NCBI GenBank assembly: GCA_947628165.1
Contig: CANQYV010000002.1
Location: 33,575-97,574 of the forward strand
Direction: 5' to 3'
DNA: 64,000 bases
DNA from: an uncultured Clostridia bacterium
GTDB lineage: Bacteria; Bacillota; Clostridia; Oscillospirales; CAG-272
Shown: positions 37,532-46,845 of the stretch, piece by piece
Numbering within the stretch: position 1 is the first letter of the stretch
Layout of the letters: each line of letters begins with the position of its first letter
Position numbers and translations under genes: made by a program
The notes under the pieces: model-generated
The model's input: the letters and a program-made list of their open reading frames with translations, nothing else
Database searches by the model: none
Told to the model about the DNA's origin: nothing

Positions 37532-39403
37532 TCACTCGCCGGCAGTGTTCTTTTTGAATATCACGAGCGAGTCGCCGTAGGAGGATATCCTTTCGTATCC
37601 GTTCGCACGCAGGCGGCTCTCAAAGACGGAATATCCACCCTGACCGTATTTTTTGTAGTTTCTGTCCTCTTTCGGATTGACGACGATATAGTCCGTCTCG
37701 AAAATATTCTTATCCGAAGAATAGCGGACGTCGTGAAGCACCGCGCGCTGAGAAAGGTATGTGGAGTAGAACGTCGTCGCGGTGACGGAGGCGTCGTCGG
37801 GGACGGTGTCGAGCACCGCGCGCAGCCCGTCATAATAATCGCGGTACACAAACGCGCGGGAAATATATGAGGACGCCTTCGGAAAAACGACGGAGGAGAA
37901 GAGGACAGCGCTGACCGCCGCGGCGGAGAGCGCCGTACACAGCCGCACGCCCGCGGCCTTTATGTCGGCGAGATTTACAATGAGAAGGTAGAAGAGGCAC
38001 GCTGCGGAGCCGAACACATATTGGAAGAACACGTCGTGCATATATTGATAGTCGGAGATAAGATTGACGAGCACATAAGGGATAAGGAGGATAAGGCGCT
38101 CCCAGCGCCGCGTGAATAAGGGGAGGGCGAGCGTCGGCAGAAGCGTTTCCGCTATGAACACGAGCTTTTCGGGGTCCGCGCATTCAAACACGAGCTTCAT
38201 CGGGCATAAAATCGCCGTTTTTATTATCGTCACAAGGGGAGACGCCTGCCCTATTATGAAGTTCGGATACCTGTCGTTCGTGAGCGTGCCGTCGCCGTGA
38301 GTTGTGAGATAATATGACGCTGCCGCGAACGCGGCGACGGACACGGCGAGTATGACGCCGCCTGTGACGGCGCCGCGCCTGTCGCGGCGAAGCAGGGACG
38401 AGACGAGGACGAAGAGCGCGATTACGGCGGCATACACCGCGGCGTCTTCCTTTATCATGAGCGTCAGAACAAGGGACACCGAGATGACGGGGATGCTTTT
38501 TTTGTCAATTCCGTAAAGCAGCCACAAGAGCATCGGCGCGAGAAAGCAGTTTTCGTGCAGGTCGTAGCTCGTGCCGCCTATGAGCGCGGGATAGAGAAGA
38601 AACGCGACGCACACGGCGCACCGCTCGGCGCCAGAAAGGCCGTGGCGGCGGCAGAGCAGAAAGAGCGGCAGCACGGCGGAGGCGATGACGATTGCCTGGA
38701 GCACCTCGAGCGTTTCGGGCACCGGGCATATCATGTAGAACGGCAAAAGAACATAATAGATGGGGGAGGTGTGGACGCTCATGTGGGAGAGAAGTCCGTC
38801 GCGCTCGACCGTCGTGTTCATCAGCCCCGTCGTTCTCATGTGGTAAAACATTTGCGAGAATATGCCGAAATCAAACGTCGGCGTCGCAAAGCTGCGGACG
38901 CGGCATATCGTCCATATGCTGTCGAAGATGACGAACGCGAGAGCCGCGGCGGCGGTCAGAATAATAAATATGCGGTCGTTTTTGCCGTCCTTCGGCACGT
39001 CCTCAGAGCACGGGAGGGGAGACGTGTCATGCCCGAGAAAGGCGTAACATGCGAACCCCGCGGCAATGAGAAGGCACAAAATCGCGAACGGGAGCGTCGG
39101 TGATGTGAGCACGGCAAGAGCTGCAAGAAGGACGAAAACTACGGCGGACGCGGCGCGCTCGGGGGCGGCGGTATCCCGTTTTATGATAAACGGCAGGCAT
39201 GACGAAAGAACAAAGACGGCGGCAAAGACGCCGGCGAAAAAGAGCGGGGATATATGTTCGAGCATCAAAAGCCCGCCGAGCGCGCGCGCCTCACCCGGCA
39301 GCACCGCAAAACAGAGCGCGGCAGAGGCGAGCCACGACAAAACGGCGCGGCGTATCACGGCGCCGACGGAAAAAACGCCTCTTTTTATCTCATCGGTCTG
39401 CAT
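37532..39403 (-). CDS. DUF2079-like polytopic membrane protein (putative glycosyltransferase-C-type)
   Basis: 623 aa with more than 12 TM helices, the motif TPTFDFGIFSQMFYHM, and a soluble C-terminal domain. Confidence 0.7.
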   Translation of the reverse strand: MQTDEIKRGVFSVGAVIRRAVLSWLASAALCFAVLPGEARALGGLLMLEHISPLFFAGVFAAVFVLSSCLPFIIKRDTAAPERAASAVVFVLLAALAVLTSPTLPFAILCLLIAAGFACYAFLGHDTSPLPCSEDVPKDGKNDRIFIILTAAAALAFVIFDSIWTICRVRSFATPTFDFGIFSQMFYHMRTTGLMNTTVERDGLLSHMSVHTSPIYYVLLPFYMICPVPETLEVLQAIVIASAVLPLFLLCRRHGLSGAERCAVCVAFLLYPALIGGTSYDLHENCFLAPMLLWLLYGIDKKSIPVISVSLVLTLMIKEDAAVYAAVIALFVLVSSLLRRDRRGAVTGGVILAVSVAAFAAASYYLTTHGDGTLTNDRYPNFIIGQASPLVTIIKTAILCPMKLVFECADPEKLVFIAETLLPTLALPLFTRRWERLILLIPYVLVNLISDYQYMHDVFFQYVFGSAACLFYLLIVNLADIKAAGVRLCTALSAAAVSAVLFSSVVFPKASSYISRAFVYRDYYDGLRAVLDTVPDDASVTATTFYSTYLSQRAVLHDVRYSSDKNIFETDYIVVNPKEDRNYKKYGQGGYSVFESRLRANGYERISSYGDSLVIFKKNTAGE

Positions 39404-39526
39404 CGTAAACCTCTGAATATCGGAAAATCAGGATAAAATATGATAATAATATATCACACAGCACGAAAAAAAACAAGGGGGAGAGGACAGCGCCGCCCGA
39501 AGCCTTCGATTTTTTCGACAAAACGA

Positions 39527-39556
39527 TTGACAAGGGGATACGGCGTGTGATATACT
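39527..39556 (+). promoter_or_regulatory. promoter of the lysine-riboswitch/dap operon
   Basis: TTGACA, 18-nt spacer, TATACT, with a TGn extended -10. Confidence 0.6.
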
Positions 39557-39579
39557 GACAAAAGAACAGGAAAAATAAA

Positions 39580-39752
39580 GTCTCAGGGTAGAGGCGCGCC
39601 TCGCAAAGAGTCGCCCCCGTCGGAAAAAGGTCATCGCCGGCCTTCGCGGGAGCAAAAGGTGCGGGCGCCGAAAGCGTGCGGATGGCGGGACGCGCGGCTT
39701 GGGCCGGGAGAGAACATCTTTCGGACTGTCGTTTTAAACGGAGAGCTATCGG
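39580..39752 (+). promoter_or_regulatory. lysine riboswitch (L-box) aptamer
   Basis: GGTAGAGGCGCGCC .. AGAGTCG .. GGAGCAAAAGGTGCGGGCGCCGAAAGCGTGC .. GGACTGTCG .. CGGAGAGCT. Order and sequence match the conserved L-box cores I remember from the B. subtilis lysC and T. maritima aptamers. It lies upstream of dapA. Confidence 0.85.
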
Positions 39753-39790
39753 GATTAAAGAACGTTTTCCGAGGGGGAGCGTTCGGTTTC

Positions 39791-39847
39791 GGTGGCGGAT
39801 GAAATTTGTCGGCCGCCTTTTGTTTTGCGCGGGGGCAAAGCCCGCGC
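39791..39847 (+). terminator. candidate riboswitch expression platform (weak GC stem + TTTTGTTTT, then a GCGCGGG/CCCGCGC hairpin)
   Basis: GGCGG..CCGCC followed by ttttgtttt (39794..39826). A perfect 7-bp hairpin at 39827..39847 has no T-run. Confidence 0.4.
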
Positions 39848-39911
39848 GCGGAACGGACAGAGACATGAAAAACACTGAGAACCGCAAAAAGCGGAGAAAC
39901 GGAGGCTTTTT

Positions 39912-40805
39912 ATGAAAAAAGAGGTTTTCAGAGGCGTCGCGACGGCGCTCATCACGCCGTTCTGCGACAGGCGCGTAGATTATGAGGCGTTCGGCAACAT
40001 CATAGACGCGCAGATAGAGGCGGGGGTCGACGCGCTCGTCGTCTGCGGGACGACGGGAGAGGCGTCGACACTGACGGACGAGGAACAGATAGACACGATA
40101 GCGTTCGCGGTGAAGCGCGCCGCGGGCCGCGTACCCGTCATCGCGGGCGCGGGAAGCAACGACACGCCGCACGCGATAGCGCTCTGCAAAGGCTCATGCG
40201 AGGTCGGAGCCGACGCGCTTCTGCTCGTGACGCCGTATTACAACAAGACCTCGCAGCGCGGGCTCATACACCACTATTCGGAAATAGCCGACAGCGTGAC
40301 AAAGCCTCTCATCCTCTATAACGTCCCGTCGCGCACGGGACTCAACATCGCCCCCGAGACATACGCCGCCCTTGCAGACCATCCGAATATCGCCGGCATC
40401 AAGGAGGCGAGCGGGAACATCTCCGCGATCGCGGATTCGATATCGCTCGTCGACGGAAGGCTCACCTTTTACTCCGGCAACGACGACCAGATAACGCCTA
40501 TGCTGGCGCTCGGCGCCGAGGGCGTCGTGTCGGTGCTCTCGAACATCCTGCCCGCGGAGACAAAGAAGATATGCACGCTCTTTTGGGAGGGAAAGACGAA
40601 GGAGAGCGCGGAGCTTCAGATACGGCTGCTGCCGCTCGTAAGGGCGCTGTTCTCGGACGTCAACCCGATCCCCGTCAAGGCCGCAATGGCGATGCTGGGC
40701 GTATGCCGCGAGGAGCTTAGAATGCCGCTCTATCCGATGGAGGACGGCAAGCGCGAAAAGCTGCGCGCATTTATGGAAAAGGCGGGACTTAAGACCGTTC
40801 GCTGA
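39912..40805 (+). CDS. dapA: 4-hydroxy-tetrahydrodipicolinate synthase
   Basis: GVATALITPF, VVCGTTGE, YNVPSRTG, and the active-site Lys context IAGIKEASG. Confidence 0.95.
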   Translation: MKKEVFRGVATALITPFCDRRVDYEAFGNIIDAQIEAGVDALVVCGTTGEASTLTDEEQIDTIAFAVKRAAGRVPVIAGAGSNDTPHAIALCKGSCEVGADALLLVTPYYNKTSQRGLIHHYSEIADSVTKPLILYNVPSRTGLNIAPETYAALADHPNIAGIKEASGNISAIADSISLVDGRLTFYSGNDDQITPMLALGAEGVVSVLSNILPAETKKICTLFWEGKTKESAELQIRLLPLVRALFSDVNPIPVKAAMAMLGVCREELRMPLYPMEDGKREKLRAFMEKAGLKTVR

Positions 40806-40833
40806 AAAAAGATAAAAGGAAAAATAAAAGTAT

Positions 40834-41589
40834 ATGGATGTGATCCTCAACGGCGCCTGCGGACGAATGGGCGTCGTGATAAGAGAAAAGCTCGCGTCCG
40901 AGCCGAGAGGGATCCGCCTCGCGGTCGGGGTCGACCCCACGGCGAATGAGGGAGAGAACGGTATACTCCGCTCCCTTTCCGAATACTCGGGGTACGCGGA
41001 CGTAATAATAGATTTTTCAAACCACAAAAGCGCGTATGAACTTATGGAATACGCGGTATCTCGCGGGCTGCCGTGCGTTGTCGCAACGACGGGACACACG
41101 GATGAGGAGCGCGCCGCGATAGAGCGCGCCGCCGAAAAGATACCGGTCTTTATGTCGGCGAATATGTCGCTCGGCGTCGCCGTCACGGCGAGGCTCGCGA
41201 AGCTCGCGGCGTCTCTTCTGCCGGAGCCCGAGGTCGAGATCGTCGAGACGCACCACGACAAAAAGCTCGACGCGCCGAGCGGGACGGCGCTCATCCTCGC
41301 CCGCTCCGTGAAAGAGTCGCTGCCCGAGGCGGAGTTCGTCTGCGGCAGGTCGGGGCACGGCGCGCGCACGAAAAACGAGATAGGGATACATTCGCTCAGG
41401 ATAGGAGGCGTCGTCGGCGAGCACGAGGTCATCATCTCGTCCGGCGACGAGATGATATCGATAAAGCATACGGCGGCGAGCCGCTCGCTCTTTGCGGACG
41501 GCGCACTCGCGGCGGCGGAGTTTCTCATGGGAAAGCCCGCGGGGCTTTATGATATGAACGACGTCGTAAAGGACGCGTTCGGAGACTAA
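40834..41589 (+). CDS. dapB: 4-hydroxy-tetrahydrodipicolinate reductase
   Basis: GACGRMG N-terminus and the EIVETHHDKKLDAPSGTA signature. Confidence 0.93.
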   Translation: MDVILNGACGRMGVVIREKLASEPRGIRLAVGVDPTANEGENGILRSLSEYSGYADVIIDFSNHKSAYELMEYAVSRGLPCVVATTGHTDEERAAIERAAEKIPVFMSANMSLGVAVTARLAKLAASLLPEPEVEIVETHHDKKLDAPSGTALILARSVKESLPEAEFVCGRSGHGARTKNEIGIHSLRIGGVVGEHEVIISSGDEMISIKHTAASRSLFADGALAAAEFLMGKPAGLYDMNDVVKDAFGD

Positions 41590-41594
41590 ACGGT

Positions 41595-42437
41595 ATGAAG
41601 ATAAATTTCACTAAAATGCACGGGTGCGGCAACGACTATATTTACGTCGACGCGCGTGCGGGGATCCCGTTTGACCCGTGCCGCCTGTCGGCGCAGATGT
41701 CGCCGAGGCACACGTCAGTCGGCGCGGACGGCCTTGTGCTCATCTGCGCGTCAGACGTCGCCGACGCGAAGATGAGGATGTTCAATCTCGACGGCAGCGA
41801 GGGCATGATGTGCGGCAACGCGATACGCTGCGTCGGCAAATACCTTTACGATAACGGCATTACGGACAAAACGGAGCTTAAAATAGAGACTAAGAGCGGC
41901 ATAAAGGAGCTTTCCCTTGCCGTAGAGGACGGAAAGGTGACGTCCGTCACTGTCGGAATGGGCAAGGCGTCGTTTGCAGCGGCGGACGTTCCCGTAATTT
42001 GCGGGGGCGGCGAGCTGATAGACGCGCCCGTGTCGGTCGGTGGGCGGACGTGGCGGCTGACGTGCGTTTCGATGGGAAATCCGCACGCCGTCACGTTCAC
42101 GGACGAGGTGTCTTGTCTCGACCTTGAGGCGATAGGACCGCGTTTCGAGCATCACGAGATGTTCCCCGAACGGGTGAACACGGAGTTCGTCCGCGTCATA
42201 GACAGGCGGACGCTTGAAATGCGCGTGTGGGAGCGCGGCAGCGGCGAGACGTTCGCGTGCGGCACCGGGGCGTGCGCCTCGGCGGCAGCTGCTGTCAGGC
42301 TGGGCCTCTGCGACGCCTGCGTTCCCGTGACCGTGCGGCTCAGGGGCGGCGAGCTTATTATAACCGTCGACAATGACGGAAACGTCACGATGACGGGCGG
42401 CGCCGTCCGCGTTTACGACGGCGTGTATGATTTCTGA
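41595..42437 (+). CDS. dapF: diaminopimelate epimerase
   Basis: FTKMHGCGNDYIYVD plus both catalytic Cys contexts (MCGNAIRC and ACGTGACAS). Confidence 0.95.
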   Translation: MKINFTKMHGCGNDYIYVDARAGIPFDPCRLSAQMSPRHTSVGADGLVLICASDVADAKMRMFNLDGSEGMMCGNAIRCVGKYLYDNGITDKTELKIETKSGIKELSLAVEDGKVTSVTVGMGKASFAAADVPVICGGGELIDAPVSVGGRTWRLTCVSMGNPHAVTFTDEVSCLDLEAIGPRFEHHEMFPERVNTEFVRVIDRRTLEMRVWERGSGETFACGTGACASAAAAVRLGLCDACVPVTVRLRGGELIITVDNDGNVTMTGGAVRVYDGVYDF

Positions 42438-42455
42438 TACTGCGGGAGCATTTGC

Positions 42456-43637
42456 ATGAAGATACTTTTAAACGACAACTACAAAAATCTGAAGAAAAAC
42501 TACCTCTTTTCGGAGATAGGCGCGCGCGTGCGCGCGTATTCCGAGGCGCACCCGGACGCAAATATCGTCCGCCTCGGCATCGGGGACGTGACGCTGCCGC
42601 TCACTAAGAGCGTTACCGTGGCGATGGCAAAGGCCGTCGCCGAGATGGCGGACAAGGCGACGTTCCGCGGGTATTCTCCCGAGTACGGATACGATTTTCT
42701 CATCCGCGCGATAGCGAACCATTATAAAAGATACGGCGTCACGCTCGCGTGTGACGAGATCTTCGTTTCCGACGGGGCAAAGAGCGACGTCGGAAACATA
42801 ACGGAGCTTTTCGGCGACAATCCGGTGCTCATTCCCGACCCTGTGTATCCTGTTTATCTCGACAGCAACATAATGGCGGGCAGAAGGGTGTCTTTCCTGC
42901 GCGCCGGTGAGGAAAACGGATTTCTCCCGACGCCGGAGGGGCTGTCGGGCGAGGGGTATATCATATACATCTGCTCGCCGAACAACCCGACGGGCGCCGT
43001 CTACGACAGGGCGGGCCTTTCGGAATGGGTGAATTTTGCAACGGCGTCGGGCTCGCTCATCATATTCGACAACGCGTATGAGGCTTATATAAACGGGGAC
43101 TACCCGCATTCGATATACGAGATCGAGGGCGCGCGCGGCTGTGCCATAGAGATTTGCAGCTTCTCGAAAACGGCGGGATTTACGGGGACGAGGTGCTCGT
43201 GGACCGTCGTCCCGCGCGAGCTTTCCTCGGGCGGCGTCTCGCTCTGCGAAATGTGGGGCAGGCGGCAGGCGACGAAATTCAACGGTGTGCCTTACGTCGT
43301 CCAGCGCGGCGCGGAAGCGGCGCTCTCCGACGAGGGCTTCCGCGAATGCCGCGAGCTCGTGGGCTATTATATGGAGAACGCCGCGCTCATCTCGGGCGTC
43401 ATGAGAGACAAGGGCATCTACTTTACGGGCGGGACGTCGTCGCCCTATATCTGGATGAAGTGCCCGGACGGCTGCCCGTCGTGGACGTTCTTTGACAAGC
43501 TGCTCTCCGAGGCGGAGGTCGTCGGAACGCCCGGCGCTGGCTTCGGCGCGTGCGGCGAGGGATATTTCAGGCTGACGTCGTTCGGTTCGCGCGAGGCGAC
43601 CGAGGAGGCGGTCAGGAGACTTTACAAGTTCCTGTGA
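42456..43637 (+). CDS. dapL: LL-diaminopimelate aminotransferase
   Basis: NDNYKNLKKNYLFSEI, LGIGDVTLPL, and SFSKTAGFTGTR (PLP lysine). Confidence 0.9.
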   Translation: MKILLNDNYKNLKKNYLFSEIGARVRAYSEAHPDANIVRLGIGDVTLPLTKSVTVAMAKAVAEMADKATFRGYSPEYGYDFLIRAIANHYKRYGVTLACDEIFVSDGAKSDVGNITELFGDNPVLIPDPVYPVYLDSNIMAGRRVSFLRAGEENGFLPTPEGLSGEGYIIYICSPNNPTGAVYDRAGLSEWVNFATASGSLIIFDNAYEAYINGDYPHSIYEIEGARGCAIEICSFSKTAGFTGTRCSWTVVPRELSSGGVSLCEMWGRRQATKFNGVPYVVQRGAEAALSDEGFRECRELVGYYMENAALISGVMRDKGIYFTGGTSSPYIWMKCPDGCPSWTFFDKLLSEAEVVGTPGAGFGACGEGYFRLTSFGSREATEEAVRRLYKFL

Positions 43638-43659
43638 GCCGGAAGGGGACAATAGGACG

Positions 43660-44964
43660 TTGAAACACGGATTTCTGCATTCCAATATAGAAGAACGGGA
43701 CGGAAGGCTCTTTTTCGCGGGCGCCGACACCGTCGGTCTTGCCGAAAAGTATGGCACGCCGCTGATGCTGCTCGACGAGGACAGGATACGCGCGCGCTGC
43801 CGCATGTACCGTCGTGCGGCGGAAAAATATTTCGGCGAGGGGTCGAAGCCTCTCTACGCCTCAAAGGCGCTCTCGTTCCGAGGCATATATCGCATAATGG
43901 CGGAGGAGGGAATGTCGGCGGACATCGTATCCCCCGGCGAGCTCTACACCGCCGCGAGCGCGGGCTTCCCGATGGAAAACGCGTATTTCCACGGAAATAA
44001 TAAGTCCGACGCTGACGTCGAGTACGCGGTGAAAAACGGGATAGGATATTTTGTCGTCGACAGCGTGGAGGAGCTCTCTGCCGTCGACAGGATCGCGGGC
44101 GAGGCGGGGATAAGGCAGAGAATACTTCTGCGGATAACGCCCGGCATCGACCCGCACACGCATGAAAAGATAAACACGGGACGCGTCGACTCAAAATTTG
44201 GGTTCGCGATCGAGACCGGGGCGGCCGAGAGGATCACGGGCGAGGCGCTCTCTAAAAAGAACGTCGAGCTCTGCGGCTTCCACTGCCATATCGGCTCTCA
44301 GATATTCGACGCCGCGCCGTTTATGCTCGCGGCGGAGCTGATGATAAGGTTTATCGCTGACATAAAGGAAAAGACGGGATATGAGGCCGAGATCCTGAAC
44401 CTCGGCGGCGGCTTTGGCGTCCGCTATGTGGAGGACGACCCAAAGGCAGATATCGAGGCGATGATAGAGGCATCGGCAAATACCGTGAAGAGGGCGTGCC
44501 GCGAGTGCGGCGTCCGTATGCCCCGCATACTGCTCGAGCCGGGGAGAAGTATAGTCGCCGACGCGGGCATGACATTGTACACGGTCGGCACCGTAAAGGA
44601 GATACCGGGCTTCCGCAATTACGTCTCCGTCGACGGCGGCATGACGGACAACCCGAGATACACGCTTTACGGCGCGAGATATACTATGGCGGTGGCGAAC
44701 AGGGCGGACGCCGAGGCGGATTTTGAATGTACCGTCTGCGGCAGGTGCTGCGAGAGCGGAGATCTTCTCGGCGAGAGGATAATGCTTCCGCGCCCCGAGC
44801 GGGGAGACCTGCTCGCCGTGTTCGTGACGGGGGCATACAACTATTCGATGGCGTCGAATTACAACAGAGTCTGCCGCCCGCCCGTCGTGATGATAAGAGA
44901 CGGGAAAGACACGCTCGCCGTCCGCCGCGAGAGCTTCTCTGACATGACTGCGTGCGATATTTGA
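43660..44964 (+). CDS. lysA: diaminopimelate decarboxylase
   Basis: YASKALS (PLP Lys), HCHIGSQI, GGGFGVRY, EPGRSIVA, and CESGD. TTG start. Confidence 0.93.
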   Translation: MKHGFLHSNIEERDGRLFFAGADTVGLAEKYGTPLMLLDEDRIRARCRMYRRAAEKYFGEGSKPLYASKALSFRGIYRIMAEEGMSADIVSPGELYTAASAGFPMENAYFHGNNKSDADVEYAVKNGIGYFVVDSVEELSAVDRIAGEAGIRQRILLRITPGIDPHTHEKINTGRVDSKFGFAIETGAAERITGEALSKKNVELCGFHCHIGSQIFDAAPFMLAAELMIRFIADIKEKTGYEAEILNLGGGFGVRYVEDDPKADIEAMIEASANTVKRACRECGVRMPRILLEPGRSIVADAGMTLYTVGTVKEIPGFRNYVSVDGGMTDNPRYTLYGARYTMAVANRADAEADFECTVCGRCCESGDLLGERIMLPRPERGDLLAVFVTGAYNYSMASNYNRVCRPPVVMIRDGKDTLAVRRESFSDMTACDI

Positions 44965-45023
44965 AAAGAACACAAAAAAGCGCGGGGAAAGCCTTTTAAA
45001 AAGGTTTTTCTCCGTGCTTTTTT
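44961..45023. repeat. dispersed hairpin element, copy D (bidirectional terminator after lysA)
   Basis: ttgaaaagaacacaaaaaa + GCGCGGGGAAAGCCTTTTaaAAAAGGTTTTTCTCCGTGC followed by tttttt. Confidence 0.75.
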
Positions 45024-45031
45024 GACGGGAA

Positions 45032-45847
45032 TTATTCTTCCGAGCCCTCGATAAAGTCTACCGTTGGATATCTGACGGCGTCGGAATAGTGCCACCATTC
45101 GTAGGGATAGCCGTTAAAGCCGTATTTGAGCATTATTTTTTCGAGGAGCTGCGAGTTTTTCGCCGCTTCCTCGGACACGTCGTCGTAGTTCCTGTTGGCG
45201 AGCGGGGAGAATTCGTCAAAGCCGCTCGGCATCGGGATCTCCGTGCCGTCCGCTTTAACGAGCGTCACGTCCACGGTGTCGCCGCGCGTGTGCCCCGAAT
45301 ATCCTCGGTAAGGGTTTGATATGTACTTTGAATTCGGGAACGCATTCCAAAGAATGAACTGCGCCGCGGCGGGACGGTAGGCGTCCCAGAGCTTGAGGCT
45401 GAGACCCATAGAGGCAAACTCCGCCTGCGCGGCGGCGAGCTTTTTCACCGTGCCGTACCTGAGGTACGGTACGGCGCTTTCGTAAACGACGCCGCCAGTA
45501 AAGTTGTCCGCCGTCGCGTATTTTAAGTCGACGATGAGATCGGGAATATAGTCAAGCACGCGCACGAACTCGCCGTCGACAGGGGGTGGGGGCTCGGTTT
45601 CGGGGGCCTCGGTCTCGGAGGGCTCGGTCACGGGCGGCTCGGTCTCGGGGGAGAGAGTTTCGGCGGCGTCGGTTTCAGTCGCGCATGTAGATGTGCCCGC
45701 AGGCGTATCTGTCGGGGCGTCGGTTTCCGTCGTGTTCGCATGGGATGGCGTCTTCTCGCCGCCGGGCCTGAGCGCGAAGCATAGGGCGAATACTGACAAG
45801 ATAAAGGCGAGCAGTATCGCTGTTATAAGCAGAGATTTTCTGTTCAT
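45032..45847 (-). CDS. membrane-anchored M15 D-Ala-D-Ala dipeptidase (VanX/DdpX-like)
   Basis: N-terminal TM helix, Thr/Glu/Pro-rich linker, then DLKYATADNFTG, SGHTRGDTVDVTL, and EWWHY. Confidence 0.85.
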   Translation of the reverse strand: MNRKSLLITAILLAFILSVFALCFALRPGGEKTPSHANTTETDAPTDTPAGTSTCATETDAAETLSPETEPPVTEPSETEAPETEPPPPVDGEFVRVLDYIPDLIVDLKYATADNFTGGVVYESAVPYLRYGTVKKLAAAQAEFASMGLSLKLWDAYRPAAAQFILWNAFPNSKYISNPYRGYSGHTRGDTVDVTLVKADGTEIPMPSGFDEFSPLANRNYDDVSEEAAKNSQLLEKIMLKYGFNGYPYEWWHYSDAVRYPTVDFIEGSEE

Positions 45848-45865
45848 TTTGCGACGGCGACCACG

Positions 45866-46081
45866 CTACCTGCCGATGATTTCGATTTTTTCAATTTCAT
45901 CATCTCTGCATCCCGTCAATATATTCGACGAGAGAACTTTAAAATCAACCTCCATAAATTCCGTTCCGTCGTCGTCATAATCGTAGTTGTATCCGTAAAG
46001 CCTTCCCACAATGACCGTCCCGTCGCAAAGATGCACTTTCAGCTTTTTTCCGTAGTAGTCTTCCGGCACTAAATCTTTCAT
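45866..46081 (-). CDS. small hypothetical protein (71 aa, beta-rich/SH3- or Sm-like by eye)
   Basis: ORF only, in the same orientation as its neighbours. KLKVHLCDGTVIVGRLYGY motif. I recognise no family. Confidence 0.45.
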   Translation of the reverse strand: MKDLVPEDYYGKKLKVHLCDGTVIVGRLYGYNYDYDDDGTEFMEVDFKVLSSNILTGCRDDEIEKIEIIGR

Positions 46082-46134
46082 AATAACCTCAAAATCGTGA
46101 CGCCGAAGCGTCGATTTTTAATATCTGCCGTCCG

Positions 46135-46713
46135 TCACGGCTCGATGACGGAGATGGCGGCTGTCAGAGCGGCGGCTGCGTCTGCGGTACTGAGAGCGTC
46201 TTTTGCGGGGACGTGGATAAATCCGACGCGCACGCCCGTCCCGTCGAGCATACGGAGCAGGCGGTAGAAGAGGTCGTTGCAGACGTAGGAGCCGGCGGAG
46301 AGCGAAAGTGAGGCGGGAAATCCGGCGGCGGATATCGCGTCCGCCATGCGGCGCGCCGGAAGCGTTGAGAAATATGCCTCCCTGCCGCCGCTTATAACGG
46401 GGACGTCAAACGGCATATTTCCCTCATTGTCGGGAGTTTTTGCGGAGGCGTAGTTCACGGCGAGAAGCTCGGGCGTGACGGCTTTGCGTCCCGCGGCAAC
46501 ACCTGCCGACAGCACGCAGTCGACGCCGAGGCTGACCGCTTTCGCATACGCCTCGGCGGCGCACTTTCCGAAAACGACGGGGAGCGTCATCTTGTATATA
46601 TCAAAATTCCCTACCCTGTCGGGAACGGAAGCTGCGGCGAGCGCGGAAGCGTTTTCCGTCTCCCCTCCGAACGGCTCAAACGATGTTAAAAGGAGCTTGG
46701 AACGCGCATACAT
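46135..46713 (-). CDS. pcp: pyroglutamyl-peptidase I
   Basis: LLTSFEPFGGE, catalytic SAGSYVCNDLFY, and FIHVP. Internal ATG at 46713. Confidence 0.9.
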   Translation of the reverse strand: MYARSKLLLTSFEPFGGETENASALAAASVPDRVGNFDIYKMTLPVVFGKCAAEAYAKAVSLGVDCVLSAGVAAGRKAVTPELLAVNYASAKTPDNEGNMPFDVPVISGGREAYFSTLPARRMADAISAAGFPASLSLSAGSYVCNDLFYRLLRMLDGTGVRVGFIHVPAKDALSTADAAAALTAAISVIEP

Positions 46714-46770
46714 AATACGGCGCCTCCCCCGACCGGCGGCGTTCACGCCGCAGCATTTTTGACGTATAAA

Positions 46771-46799
46771 ATTATACCTCTTTTGCGGCAAAAAATCAA
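46771..46799 (-). promoter_or_regulatory. promoter for pcp, with the palindrome TTTTGCCGCAAAA in its spacer
   Basis: Reverse strand reads TTGATT, 17-nt spacer, TATAAT. Confidence 0.6.
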
Positions 46800-46845
46800 C
46801 GCCCCGACAAAATGCCTCCGATGACACGAATAAAATGTGTCATAA

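Noticed and set aside
39390-40172. 260-aa minus-strand ORF and 79-aa plus-strand ORF (39676..39915) covering the dapA leader
   Set aside because: The region carries a promoter and clear lysine-riboswitch core motifs, and dapA begins at 39912 with a good RBS. The ORFs have no coding features.
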